Assembly: GCF_004010195.1 (NCBI RefSeq) | Contig: NC_057719.1 | Location: 1,340,195-1,404,194 of the forward strand | DNA: 64,000 nt | Direction: 5' to 3' | Origin: Chiloscyllium plagiosum | Taxonomy: Eukaryota | Part shown: piece after piece, positions 22,687 to 35,540 of the stretch | Position numbering within the stretch: the stretch's first letter is position 1 | Layout of the letters: each line of letters begins with the position of its first letter | Made by a program: the position numbers and the translations under genes | Notes under the pieces: generated by a model | The model's input: only the letters and a program-made list of their open reading frames with translations | The model's database searches: none | What the model was told of the DNA's origin: nothing

Positions 22687-23201
22687 TTATTCTCAGGATG
22701 GGATGGATCTTTGAGGATGCTGGTGACCTTTCCTTGACAGGGGGCCTGGTAGATGGATTCTGTAGATGGGTGGTTGGCCTTTGTGATTGTCCGGCCCGAG
22801 TTCACCACTATCTGTAACCGTCTCTGATCTTGAATGGTACAGTTGCTATATCAGGTATATATCATCGTCTGCTATCTTGCACTGTCTCTTAAAACCTGTG
22901 GTGTCATTCAGTCCTTGTCATAGTTGCCAGGTGTCTGTCTGGGTTTCTAGTTTGGATCGGTATTGGTCCTTACCTGTCTTAAAGGCTCTGCGAAGGTCAT
23001 ATTTGGATTGCTGATATTTGAGTGGGTTTCCTGATCTGAAGGCCTCATGCCTAGTTTTTAGAGGTTCTGTATGTCCTGAATCATCCAGGGTTTCCTGTTG
23101 GGGAACACCTGGATTGACTTCCTTGGTATACAGTCCTCCACACACTTGCTGATAAAGTCTGTGACGGCGGTGATGTACCCGTCTAACGGGTACATCACCG
23201 T

Positions 23202-23532
23202 GGGTGGCACGGTGGCACAGTGGTTAGCACTGCTGCCTCACAGCACCTGAGACCTGGGTTCAATTCTCGCCTCAGGCGACTGACTGTGTGGAGTTTGCAC
23301 GTTCTCCCCGTGTCTGCGTGGGTTTCCTCCGGGTGCTCCGGTTTCCTCCCACAGTCCAAAAAAGATGTGCAGGGTCAGGTGAATTGGCCATGCTAAATTG
23401 CCCGTAGTGTTAGGTAAGGGGTAAATGTAGGGGTATGGGTGGGTTTCGCTTCGGCGGGTCGGTGTGGACTTGTTGGGCCGAAGGGCCTGTTTCCACACTG
23501 TAATGTAATCTAATGTAATCTAAAAAATCTAA
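23202..23532 (+). mobile_element. HE1-like V-SINE, full length
   Basis: A box, B box, V-domain, TAATC/TAATG tail. Confidence 0.9.
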
Positions 23533-23717
23533 TGTACCTGCGGACTGCTTGAACATGGCCCAATCAGCCGATTCCAGATAGTACCAGAGTTGATCCTCTG
23601 CCTCCTCCGACCAGCACTGGACCTGTATCTGCGAGGGGGTCTCCTGTTTAAGCCTTTGCCTGTAAGCTGGGAGAAGAAATGCGGCATTGGGCTGAGCCAT
23701 ATAGTTGTCGTACAGTG

Positions 23718-23943
23718 TCTAGATTAGAGTGGTGCTGGAAAAGCACAGCAGGTCAAGCAGCATCCGAGGAATAGGAAAATCGATGTTTCGGGCAAAAGCC
23801 CTTCATCAGGAAAGGCTAGTGAAGGGCTTTTGCCCGAAACGTTGATTTTCCTATTCCTCGGATGCTGCCTGACCTGCTGTGCTTTTCCAGCACCAATCTG
23901 ATCTAGACTCTGATTTCCAGCATCTGCAGACCTCACTTTTGCC
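23718..23943. mobile_element. Palindromic mini-PLE, 14-bp TSD (1 mismatch)
   Basis: TAGTT(G/T)TCGTACAG at 23702-23715 and 23944-23957. Arms pivot at the hammerhead region. Confidence 0.85.
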
Positions 23944-24902
23944 TAGTTTTCGTACAGAGCTGTGACGTATCCCGATAGGATGTTTTCTAGTGCATCCATT
24001 AAAAAATGGTAAAAGTGGTTGTGGACATGCTGAATTTCCTTAGCCTTCTGAGGAAGTAGAGGCATTGAGTGTGCTTTCTTGACTGTAGCATCATGGACCA
24101 GGTTGGATTGTTGGTGATACTTCTTGGAACTTGACGCTCTCAACCATCTCCACCTCAGCACCATTGATACAGACAGGGCTATGTTCTCGACTCTGCTTCC
24201 TGGAGCTCCTTCGTTTTGCTGACATTGAGGGAGAGACTTTTGTCTTTACACCATGTTAGTGAGCCGTTGATCTCCTTCCTCTACTGTCCCGTCATTTTTG
24301 ATATCTGACCCACTACGTTGGTGTCATCAGCAAATTCATAAATGGAGATAAAGCTGAATTGGCCACACTGTTGTGAATGTATAAGGAGTACGCACCCTTG
24401 TGGGGCACCCGGGGGTGAGGATTATGGTGAAGGTATTGTGGCCCAATGACCCTGTATCCTTTATTGTGGCCTGTATCCTTAGGCTGTGCCTGCTGATTGT
24501 GGACTCACCAGACATGGATCATCTATCCTGCATTTCCCTTCCTGCTCAAACAGTCCTGCAGTTAAGTCCAGTATATCGTTTGCCTTTCTGATTGCTTGCT
24601 GTACCTTCATCCTTGCTTTCACTGACTAGTGCACATCTCTTTGTACATCAGCATTTCCCAATCACTCCCTGTTAAATTATACTGTCATTCTGCTTTTCCT
24701 ATCAAAGTGGACAACTTCCCATTTGTCCATGTTATATTGCATCTCCTTGCATTTTACCAATCAAATCACCTTGAAACTTGTTTAAATCGCTTTCAAAACT
24801 CAATCCCTAGCCTTGTGTTGTCAGCAAACTTTGAAATATTACATTTAATCTGATCCTTGTAGTACTCCATAATTACCATTTGCTCATATATGCTAGTATA
24901 AT

Positions 24903-25647
24903 TGTGAGATTAGATCTGAAAATAGTGGCATGTGGTGTTGGTTACTTTGGTGAAGTGCAGAGAATTCTGGAACAGCACTGCTCAGAATGTAAGCAGTTGT
25001 GGACCCGAAGTGTGATTGTAAAGTTTGTACTGTGGGGTGTACAGCAGGTAGTTTAAAAATTGAAGACCATTAACTTGTTTGTAGTTCTGAATCAAGGATT
25101 GAGTTGAGTTTTGAAATCAGATTCTGAAAGTTTTTAGGGTAGTTTGAAGGCAATTTGACTCTGGTCAGAAGCAAGCTTTTAAATTTCTCTTTATACAGGA
25201 GTGTGGGGCAATTCTGGGGCAACACACTTACCTCAGTACTAAAGTTTAATCTGTGAAACATTCAAAGCAAGAAAGTTTGGTTTAAAATCTGCAGTTTATT
25301 GGGACTGAGAGTTTATAGTCGAGATGTGGGCGAGTTCATGTCGGTCAGTTTGGGAAAGACTCATTGTCTCCACAGTTCACGGTCAAGAAAATCCCTGTGA
25401 AGTTGGGGTGTAATTTCTCTAAATTTGAATCTCTGTAAGTTGATGGTGTTGGGAAATAAGTTGAAAACTTTGTTTAATCTGTTGTAACATTTTTTAAAAC
25501 TATAGGTTGGTTTTAATTTTTTTGTGGTAATAAATGTATCTTTAAAGATGCTGTGTAGCCTTGTGTAACTGTTTGAAATGACTGACCACCTATCAAGCCA
25601 GACTTATTTCTGGGATCTGATTTGTCCAGCTGGGATTATATATTACA
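24903..25647 (+). mobile_element. Possible old solo LTR
   Basis: Starts TGTGAG, AATAAA at about 25529, ends ...ATTACA. No TSD seen. Confidence 0.3.
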
Positions 25648-26079
25648 CATTCTTCTGAAAATCCTGATACATCATATACACTACTTCTCCCTTATCTATT
25701 CTACAAAAAAGTTATAGTCACCACATTCCAAAGGCTATAGGGCTGCTTTTTAATTAGACAGAGATGACCTATGGTACTTTCACCTGAGGGTTACTATACC
25801 TCAGGTGAGGGGAGAGGTTGAGAAAGAGAGTCCTTCATGGTGACCTCAGCTGGTATGGGAATTCATCCAAGCTGTTACTGTCACCCTACATTATAGACCA
25901 GCCATCCAAACAACTCTGATAACCACCCCTCTCGGTTCTATTTGTTATGTTCTCAAACCTCTTGTAGGTTTGTCAATCATGGTTTCCCCGTCATAAAATC
26001 GATATTTTCTAAATGTCATACTGTCTTTCAATTCCCCCCCTCAGTCGAAGTAAAATGCTCAGATACACAGCATAGTTTT

Positions 26080-26900
26080 ACCTTTTGGGTTTGATGATCG
26101 TGTTGGGAAGAGGGCAGTGTTGTGAGGAGGCAGCTGGACGAGAGACTTTGTTTTGGGGATGTTTTAGACTGAGGCCCATACTCCTACACCTCAGTGAATG
26201 TACCGATGGTTTGTAGATGGGTCTCTGAGCATGCTCACTCATGGTCATCCCCTGCATGCGGCAGCTGTCTGACTGACAGAACCTGCGGAGGTCTTGGTTC
26301 TGACCTGGAGGTGTCAAAGGTCAAACAGTTTCCCACTTGTCCTGTGGGTTTGCTCCATTCTGGCAGGAAGCATCATAGAGAGGGCATGGGGGATAGAGAA
26401 GAACGTGGAGGATAGAGAAGAACATTGGGGCGATGATATGACCCTGTTAACTCCAGTTTGCACTGTATGGAATCTGGGGTGGATCTCTTGGAGAAGATGA
26501 TGGTTTGGATGTCATGGTGACACAGGCAGAAGATGGTGACAAATTTCTGCAGACAGCTGAGTTTGAGGACGATATTCCACAATCCATCACAGTTGACAGA
26601 GTAGAGGTTTTTATGGGATTGAAGGAGGCCATGTATGCAGGATGGTGCAGTGCCCTGCACTTTTCCTGGATGAGCTTTCCCACAATGGACAGTAGGAAAA
26701 TCCCTCTGTTAATCTCCACAGTTGGACCTGTCTCCACCTTGAAGATGGTCGCAGTTAGTGTCTCAATTCCTTCCAGACAAGGCGATGAAGTTGTGTCCTT
26801 TGTTTTAAAGCGATGTCAGTTTTCTCAATTTCAATCCAGGGACCAAAAAGCTTAGCTGAGGTCTCTTACAGAGTACATGGGCCAGGTCAAGTGGATGTCT
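26080..26900 (-). mobile_element. RTE-clade LINE fragment (degenerate RT)
   Basis: Peptides RGIFLLSIVGKL, QEKCR and VNCDGLWNIVLKLSCLQKFVTI resemble RTE RT. Confidence 0.7.
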
Positions 26901-26924
26901 GTGAAATTAGGTAGTTTAAATTGA

Positions 26925-27782
26925 GAGTTATACAGCACAGAAACAGAACCTTTGGTCCAACTCGTCTGCACTGACCAGATATCCCAATCTGATCTCATCC
27001 CATTTGCTAGCATTTGGCTCACATCCTTCTGAACCCTTCCTATTCATATACCCATCCAGATGCCTTTTCAATGTTGTAATTGTACCAGTCTCCACCACTT
27101 CCTCTAGCAGCTCATTCCATACACGTACCACCCTCTGGATGAAAACGTTACCCCCTCAGGTCTTTTTAAAATCTTTCCCCTCTCACCTTAAACCTCGGCC
27201 CTCTAGTTTTGGGCTCCCTATCCTAGGGAAAAGACCTTGGCTATTCACCTATCCATGCCTCTTCATGATTTTATAAACTTCTATAAGGTCACCTGTCAGC
27301 TTCCGATGCTCCAGGGAGAACAGCCCCAACCCCTCCCTATAATTCAAACCCTCCAGTCCCAGCAATATCCTTGTAATACTCTGCAGGGCAACTAGAATTG
27401 TACACAGTATTCCAAAAGTTGCCTTACCAATATCCTATACAGGCCCGGCATGGCATCCCAGCTCCATACCCAATGGTTTGACCAATGAAGATAAGTGTGC
27501 CAAACGCCACCTTCATTATTCTGTCTACCCGCGACTCCACTTTCACAGCACTGTGCACCGACATCCCTCGGTCTCTTTGTTTGGCAACTTTTCCCAGGGC
27601 CTTACCATTAACTATATAAGTCCTGCCCATGTTTGCCTTACCAAAATGCAACACCTCTCATTTCACTAAATTTAAACTCCTTCTGCCTATTGATCAAAGT
27701 CCTGTTGTACTCTGAGATAACCTCCTTCACTGTCCACTACTCCACCTATTTTGGTGTCAGCTGCAAACTTACTAACCATACC
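26925..27782 (-). mobile_element. CR1 3' fragment
   Basis: LHFGKAN...RDRG, VRVWNELLEEVV motifs. Confidence 0.85.
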
Positions 27783-28693
27783 TCTTGTATGATTATGGGA
27801 AGTTCGGGTGGTGAAATCAGAGGAGAGGGAATAAAAAGAATTAAGAATGAAAAAAATAGCCTGGTGCTGAGGGAGGAAATAGTGATGGAGAAAGTTGGCA
27901 TGGTATGTTTTTGCATGGTTTAGAACCAGGAATGAGTGTGAAGCTGAATGATAAGAAACTGCATGGAGCTGGGTGTGTTTTTTGTGTTATACAAGATAGT
28001 CATCAGGGTGATGTGCCCCCCGCCCTCAGCAAGTGAGAGTCTTCAGTTCAGGGAAAAGTGATTATAGTTCATGAGGGCCATGTATCAGTGCAATTATCTG
28101 CAATGTTCATGAATTGTAAGGGCTTTGCTTGGAGTGAGCAGATGTTCTACAGAGAGATGTGGAGTGGCTCAGTGAGCTGATCCACTGGGTAAGTCTGCTG
28201 ATGCAGAGGAGAACTGCACAGGGAGGAGATTAGCCCTGAATAGCTGTATTGGGTGGGCAGGTTGGTGTTGCTGTTCATAATGCGGCAGCAGCCAGTGTCT
28301 CTAGCCTCTAGAGGCAAAGATGCCATGCAAGGCTTAGAAGGCAAGCACATCCTTGGCTACAAAGTTTTTGCGATTTTTTTCTGAAATGTGCAGTAAGAAT
28401 ACACATTCTATTTTTATGTTGGGTTGCTGTACAAGTTCAACTGAATTTAAAATGCTACTATTTATTTCAAGGAAATTGGGTAATGTTAACTGCGCAGATC
28501 CAGCAGATGTTTGTCAACTTTGCAAAAGTTCTGTTATGAGCTGCTGTGCCACAGTGTGTTTTGATCCCAGTATACTGGAGACGTCAAATGCCAGAGAGAA
28601 ACCGAAATTGCTGGAGAAGCTCTGCAGGTTTAACATTTCAAGTCCAGGGACCCTTCAGAACTGATAAGCAGCTTGAAATTTATGCTGTAGATG

Positions 28694-29003
28694 AGATTAG
28701 ATTAGATTAGATTACTTTACAGTGTGGAAACAGGCCCTTCGGCCCAACAAGTCCACACCGACCCGCCGAAGCGCAAACCACCCATACCCCTACATTTACC
28801 CCTTACCTAACACTACGGACAATTTAGCATGGCCAATTCACCTAACCTGCACATCTTTGGACTGTGGGAGGAAACCGGAGCACCCGGAGGAAACCCACAC
28901 AGACACGGGGAGAATGTGCAAATTCCACACAGTCAGTCGCCTGAGGCGGGAACTGAACCCGGGTCTCTGGCGCTGCGAGGCAGCAGTGCTAACCACTGTA
29001 CCA
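28694..29003 (-). mobile_element. HE1-like V-SINE
   Basis: Near-identical to the reverse complement of 22370-22686. Confidence 0.9.
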
Positions 29004-29004
29004 C

Positions 29005-29795
29005 AAAGGTTGGGAGGTGTCGGGGGAAAGGGCAATGGATAGGTGGAGGCCATGACAGGTGAGGACCCAGGGGACCCTATCATTGTTGTGGGACAGTAGA
29101 GAAGGGATGAGGGCAAAAGTGCAGGAGATAGGCCCCTTAGCAGCGCACAGTAGCTGGAAATCTTCGATTTAAGGAGAAAAGTGAAGATTCCGGAGATGTC
29201 CCTGCAGAAGGTAGCATCTTCAGAATAGATGAGACAGAGACACCTAGGGAATGGGATGGATTCCTCACAGGAAGCAGAGTTTGAGGATATATACCAGAGG
29301 TAACTGGGAATCAGTGGATGTGTAATGGATATTGGTGGCCAGCCTATCCCTAGAAATGGAAATAATGTTGAGGAAGGGAGGAGTCATAGATAGACCAGGT
29401 GAAAGTGAGAGCAATTTGGAAATTGGAAGCGAAATGGATATGTTTTTCCATTTCCAAACGAGGGAGAAGCAGCACCAATTATATTGATGTAGCAGAGAAG
29501 GGAGGGTGAGGTTCCTGAGTAGGAACAAGGAATATTCCACGTAGCCCACAAAGTGAAAGGCATAACTGGGGTCCATGTGTGCACCCATGGCCCCACCTTT
29601 GACCTGAAGAAAGAGAGATGAGTTAAAGGAGAAGCCAGCAAACTGGAAATTTGGAAGCCAACATAAAGCATCAGAAAAATTGTGGATGTAGGTGCAGGAG
29701 GGGTGGGGGGAACTGGACAAGGAAAAAGTAACTTCTGTGGGGAAGGAACAGGCAGAAATAATGTGTCTGCCTGGGGTACCCTGTGATGGTCAATC
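29005..29795 (-). mobile_element. Old PLE RT fragments
   Basis: FLQVKGGAMGAHMDPSYAFHFVGYVE, PPFLNI...TNIHY. Confidence 0.7.
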
Positions 29796-29974
29796 ACTGA
29801 ACATATTCACAAGAGGCTGTCAATGTATAGAGTCACAGAATCTCACTGCACAGAAAAGGCCCTTCAGCCCGATGGAGTCTGCACTGACAAAACAGCTCAA
29901 TCTACAGCAGTCCCACTTCCCAGCCCTTGACCTTTAGCTTTACTTGTTATGACATTTCAAGTGTTCATCCAAGT

Positions 29975-31290
29975 AGGCAATGGCTTGGTGTTATTATTGC
30001 GAGACTATCAATCCCAAGATCTAGGGAAAGTTTTGTGGACCTGTGTTGGAATCCTGGTGAAATTTGAATTCGTTAATAACCTGGAAGTAAGAATCTAATG
30101 ATTACCATGAAACCTGCCAGTTGTCAGGGAAAGCCCATCTAGTTTGCTGATGTTTTTTATATATATATACATAGAACATAGAAGAATACAGCGCAGTACA
30201 GGCCCTTCGGCCCTCTGTTGCGCTGATCCAAGCCCACCTAACCTACACTAGCCCACTATCCTCCATATGCTTATCCAATGCCCGCTTAAATGCCCATAAT
30301 GAGGGAGAGTCCACCACTGCTACTGGCAGGGCATTCCATGAACTCACGACTCGCTGAGTAAAGAACCTACCCCTAACATCTGTCCTATACCAACTCCCCC
30401 TTAATTTAAAGCTATGCCCCCTCATAATAGCTGACTCCATACGTGGAAAAAGATTCACACTGTCGACCCTATCTAAACCCCTAATCATCTTATACACCTC
30501 TATCAAGTAAACCCTAAACCTTCTTTTCTCCAATGAAAACAACCACAAGTGCCTCAGCCTTTCCTCATACAATCTTCCTACCATACCAGGCAACATCCTG
30601 GTAAACATCCTCTGCACCCGTTCCAGTGCCTCCACATCCTTCCTATAATATGGCGACCAAAACTGCACACAATACTCCAGATGCGGACGCACCAGAGTCT
30701 TATACAACTGCAACATGACCTCAGTACTCAATTCCTCTACCAATAAAAGCCAGTACGCCATATGCCTTCCTCACCCCACTGTATTTAGCAACACTGTAGG
30801 AAGACAGAGAAGAAATTGTGGTTGTCCTGGTTGGCACTTTTGCATCATCGCTGGCCAACTGATAAGGTCAAGGAGGACTGGAGGTTAACGAATGCTGTGC
30901 CCTAATTCAAGAAGGGCTACAAAACTCCAAGATGAACCTTTGCCATCGACTACTACCCTCTGTCTTCTTCCAGCCAGCCAACTCCTAATCCAAACCTCCA
31001 ACTCACCCTCAATGCCATACCTCCGTATTTTGTGCAGTAGTCTACCATGGGGAACCTTATCAAACGCCTTACTAAAATCCATATACACCACATCTACCGC
31101 TTTCCCCTCGTCCACCTCCTTAGTCACCTTCTCAAAGAATTCAATAAGGTTTGTGAGGCACGACCTGCCCTTCACAAAAATGGAAGAAAATCTCCCAGCT
31201 TCACCTGGTTTGTCATTGACGCTTAACAATTAAGGACAGGCAATAAATGCTGGCTGAACTAGTGATGTACACATGCCATGAACAAATTGG
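29975..31290 (+). mobile_element. Deu-type SINE (29975-30155, 31185-31290) split by a CR1
   Basis: SINE 5' part, and 3' tail GGCAATAAATGCTGGC resuming after the CR1. Confidence 0.55.
30169..31178 (-). mobile_element. CR1 fragment with an internal deletion and filler
   Basis: GRSCLTNLIEFFEKVT...[11 protein letters not shown] and LVRPHLEYCVQFWSP. Confidence 0.9.
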
Positions 31291-31799
31291 GAAAAAAACC
31301 TTTCTGAAGTTTCCTGTCTCGACTGTCCTTGCAGGCAATGACTTCCAGATCGCCATCACCCTTTGGTGAAAAAGTCTTTCCTCAAATCCCCTCTAAACCT
31401 CCAGCCTTTCACTTTAATATGATGACTTCTTGATGTTGAACCTTTAAGGGGAATAGCTGCTTATTATCTATCCTGTCGATACCATTTATAATTGCAGAAC
31501 TACAGCTGTGGTTTAACTCAAATTTCCAGACCGCTCAAACAGCACCTTCCTGTTCTAATAATCTATGCCATGACTATTAAAGGCAAGTGTCCCTAACTAC
31601 TCTCTCAACCTGTACTGCTACTTGCAGAGATCCTTCAGTGCAAGATCCCTCTGTTCTCTGAGCTTCCTAGTGGTCTGCCATTCATTGAGTATTCCCTTGT
31701 TGTTTTTACCAAAGTGCATCACCTCATATTTATCAGGGTTGAATTCTATCTGCCCATCTGACTTAGTCTTCTTTGACGCTTGCTTCCAATGCACTAAGG

Positions 31800-32950
31800 C
31801 AGATCGGTAGATATTGTTTACATTAGCCTTTGACAGGATTCCGCATGGTAGACTAATTCATATGATTTAGGGTGAGCTGGCCAATTGGATGCAAAATTGG
31901 CTTAATGGCAGGAGACAGAGTGATGGTGGAGGGTTGTTTTTCGGATTAGAGGCCTGTGACCACTGATTCACAGGGATCAGTTCTGGGTCCAATTCTGGGT
32001 CACCATTTGTATAAATGATTTAGGTGAGAATGTAGAAGGCATGGTTAATAAGTTTGTGGGTTACACCTAAATTGGTGTTTACAGTGAACAATGAAGAAGG
32101 TCATCTAGCATTTCAAAGAGATCTTAGTCAATTATGTCAATGCACTGAAGAGTGGCAGATGGAGTTTAATTTGAATAAATGTGAGGTATTGCTTTTTGGT
32201 AAAATAAACAAGGGGCAGGACTGATGCAATTAATGGTAAAGCCCTAGGTAATGTTGTAGAACAGAAGAGAACTAGAGTTTTAGGTACATAATTCTTTGAA
32301 ATTTGTGTCACATGTAGACAGGTTCGTAAGGCATATTTAGCATGCTTGCCTTCATTGTTCAGACATTTGGATAAAGGAATTGGGATGACATATTGAGGTT
32401 GTACAGAACGTTGGTGAGGCCTCTTCTGGAGTAATGTGTGCAGTTCTGGTCGCCCTGCTATAAGAAGTATATTGCTAAATTGGAGAGGGTTCAGAAAATA
32501 TTTACCAGGCAGGGAATGGAGGGTTTGCATTTTAAGGAGAGGCTGGATTGGCTAAGACATTTCTCACTGGAGCGTAGGAGGTTGAGGTGTGACCTTATTG
32601 AGGTTTATAAAATAGTGAGGGGCATAGATAAAGTGAATGGCAGGTGTCTTTTTCCCTCGGGTCAGGGAGTTCAACATTGGGGGCATTTTGCAAGGTGAGA
32701 GAAGGATTTGAAAAAGACATGGGGGCAATTTTTTTACACAGGCAGTGGTTTGTGTGGAATGAACTTCCAGAGGAACTGGTGGATGCAGGTTCCGTTACAG
32801 TGTTTACAACTTTCAGAGAAGTTAACGAATAGAAAATGTTTGGAGGGACCTGGGCCTTGCACAGTCAGGTGGGACGAGTTTAGTTTGGGATGATGGTCAG
32901 CATGGACTAGTTGGACCAAGAAGTTGGTTTCTGTGCTGTATGACTCTACA
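31800..32950 (+). mobile_element. CR1 RT-3' fragment
   Basis: Degenerate AFDRIPH, QGSVLG, QFWSPCYKK...LERVQK motifs. Confidence 0.85.
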
Positions 32951-34537
32951 CCAAACTGTTCACTTCAAGGATTTTAAAGCTCTCATATAAGATGCATGTA
33001 AACAAAACCTTTTAAAACATTATTCAGCACAGACTCCAACTCAGAAATGAAACGAATGTTCTTCCCTTCTTAACACACAATATAGACCAGCACATGAAAC
33101 AACATCTATTAATGACCCTTGGTGACATAACCTGAAACTCCAGTATCAGGAGGGGGCAGTATTTTAAAATCCGGGATCACCCTTTTTAGAGATTTGAAAT
33201 GTTTTCAGTGGATTATGTGATTTTGAAATTGTCATTGGACATTTTTAAGGTGAATGTGCATGATTCTTGGTGGCAAGTGAACCTAATGTTAACCCAAGTA
33301 GGTTAGTATGAGGAACTTGGAACACAAACCGATTAGCCATGATCTTTGTGAAGGAGGACTTGAAGGACCCGAAAATGGTTCTTGATTTGTTTTGTATGTT
33401 TGTTTGTATCTGTTTCCTCTCTCTTGCTGAAGCTTCCCGTTACCATCATCTCACTCGATTCCTCTGCTCAGATTGTTTGTCAAAAATCAAATATTGAACA
33501 ACAATGATTTCGTCCAACTGAAATATTGGGAAGATTAAAGTCATTCTCTTCTGTCCCTGGCACAAAATTTCTTCCCTGGCCACCTCTCCCTGAAACCTTG
33601 ACCTTGAGGTGATGTCCTGTGATGCCCTGTTTTCACCTCTGTAACATCACCCAGCTTCCCCTGTTTGGAACCTTCATCCATACCTTTGCTTCCTGGGTTG
33701 ATCTTTGCAGCAAACTCCTGGCCTGTTTCTGCGTTCCACCTTTGGTAAATGTGGCGTCAGCCCAAAATCTGCTTTGTGTTATGCCAACTTGCACAAAGTT
33801 GTGTTTGCTTGTTTGTTCCCTTTTGAGCAGCATCTCAGTTTTAAAATTTTGTTTTCAGATCCCTCCGTGACCTCACCCTGCCCCAATGTGTACGATCACC
33901 TCCAGCTCCAAAGTCCTCTCTGAGATATCGGTGTTCCTTTCACCCTGGCCTCTTGAATGTTTTTGATTTTAAGCACTACACCATTGGTGATCATGCCTTT
34001 ACCTCCCTGGACAAACTCTGGACTTTCTCCCTAAATATCATCCTGCTGTTACATCTTTCAGGTGCTCTTTTAAGAACATTAAAATTAGGAGCAGGAGTAT
34101 GCAATTCAGCCCCTCAAACCTTCTCTGCCATTTAATATGATTATGGCTGATCTCATTTTGACCTTGACTCTTTCTTATCTGCTCTCCATAACCCACTAAA
34201 ACATTACTCATTAAAAATCTGCCCAACTTCTTACATTTTAGCATCTTCCTTTTGACCAAGGTTTAGTTTGATACTCTTGCTAAGTCTTTTGGGCATTTTA
34301 CTACTACGTATCCAATAGTAATTTCATTTTGGACACACATTTGCTGGAACGATGAGGATAACTCCCTTGCTGTTCTTAAAAATAGTGCCACAGGATTTTT
34401 TTGGCCACCTGAGAGAGCACAGACTGGGCAGCAGTTCACCTTTGCATTGGAAATTGGTTTGTCCTTGGATCTCAGACAGATATCTAACAGTCTTTAAAGG
34501 TCAAGTGCTTTGAGTGATAACTACTGAGCCATGATCA

Positions 34538-34910
34538 TAGAATCCCTGCAGGCCATTTAGTCCATTAAGTTCTTACCCATGCTCTGAAGAGCATTTCACC
34601 CAGACCCCCCTTCCCACCCCACCCCACCCCACCCCAATTCCCTTCCCACTCCACCCCAATCCCCTTCCGGTAACCCTTCATTTCCCATGACTAATCCACT
34701 TAGCCTACACATCCCTGGATACAGTGGGCAATTTAGCATGGACAGTCCACCTAATGTACATCTTTGGACTGTGGAAGGAACCTGGAGCACCCAGAGGAAA
34801 CCCATGCAGACACAGAGAATGTGCCAGCTCCACATAGAGAGTCGCACAAGCCTGGAATTGAACCTGGGTTCCTGGCACTGTGAGGCAGCAGTGCTAACCA
34901 CAGTGCCACC
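34538..34910 (-). mobile_element. HE1-like V-SINE (older subfamily)
   Basis: A/B boxes and V-domain on the minus strand. Confidence 0.85.
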
Positions 34911-35002
34911 CAAGTGGATGGATGTTTAGTACTACTCAAACATTCCAAGGTGTTGCCTTTGCTCTGACCTCACTTTGAATTTGTTGGACGTTTTAAAAAA
35001 AA

Positions 35003-35540
35003 ATCCATAGCTGGCTAGGTCAGCATTTATTGCTGATCCCTAATTGCTCAGAGGGTAGTTAAGAGTCAGTGACTTTGCTATGGGTCTGGAGTCACATGCA
35101 GACCAGACCAGGTAAGGATGGCACTTTCATTAAGGGCTTTAATGAACTGGATGGGATTTTCCTGAAATTCAACAATGCTTTGATGGTCATCAATAGACTC
35201 TTATTTCCAGATGTTTTTGTTGAATTTGGATTCTCTGTCCAGGGATGCAGTAGAGGCAGCTTCATTAATTATATTTGAGACCCAGTTGGATGGGTTTTTG
35301 TATGGTAGGGGAATTAAGGTTTATGGGATAATGCAGGTGGGGTGAGCTGAGACAATGGATAGATCAGCCATGATCTTAATGGCAGAGCAGACTAGATGGG
35401 CCAAATGGCCTATTCCCTGCTTCTATTACTGTGAACCATTCCATCATCTGTCACGGTGAGGTTTGAACTCAGATCCCTGGTACATTACCTGGATCTCTGG
35501 ATTAATAGTCAAGTGATAATACCACCAGGCTATCGCCTCC
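35003..35540 (-). mobile_element. Deu-type SINE interrupted by a CR1 3' piece (about 35236-35436)
   Basis: Reverse-complement core and tail CAGCATTTATTGC. Confidence 0.6.

Larger units (their letters stand above)
21352..24430 (-). mobile_element. Rex1/Babar-like LINE remnants with nested PLEs and SINEs
   Basis: (AATTC)n tail at 21352-21375 on the minus strand. Peptide fragments SADWAMF, YQQSKYDLRRAFKTGKDQYRSKLE, ENILSGYVTALY. Confidence 0.75.
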
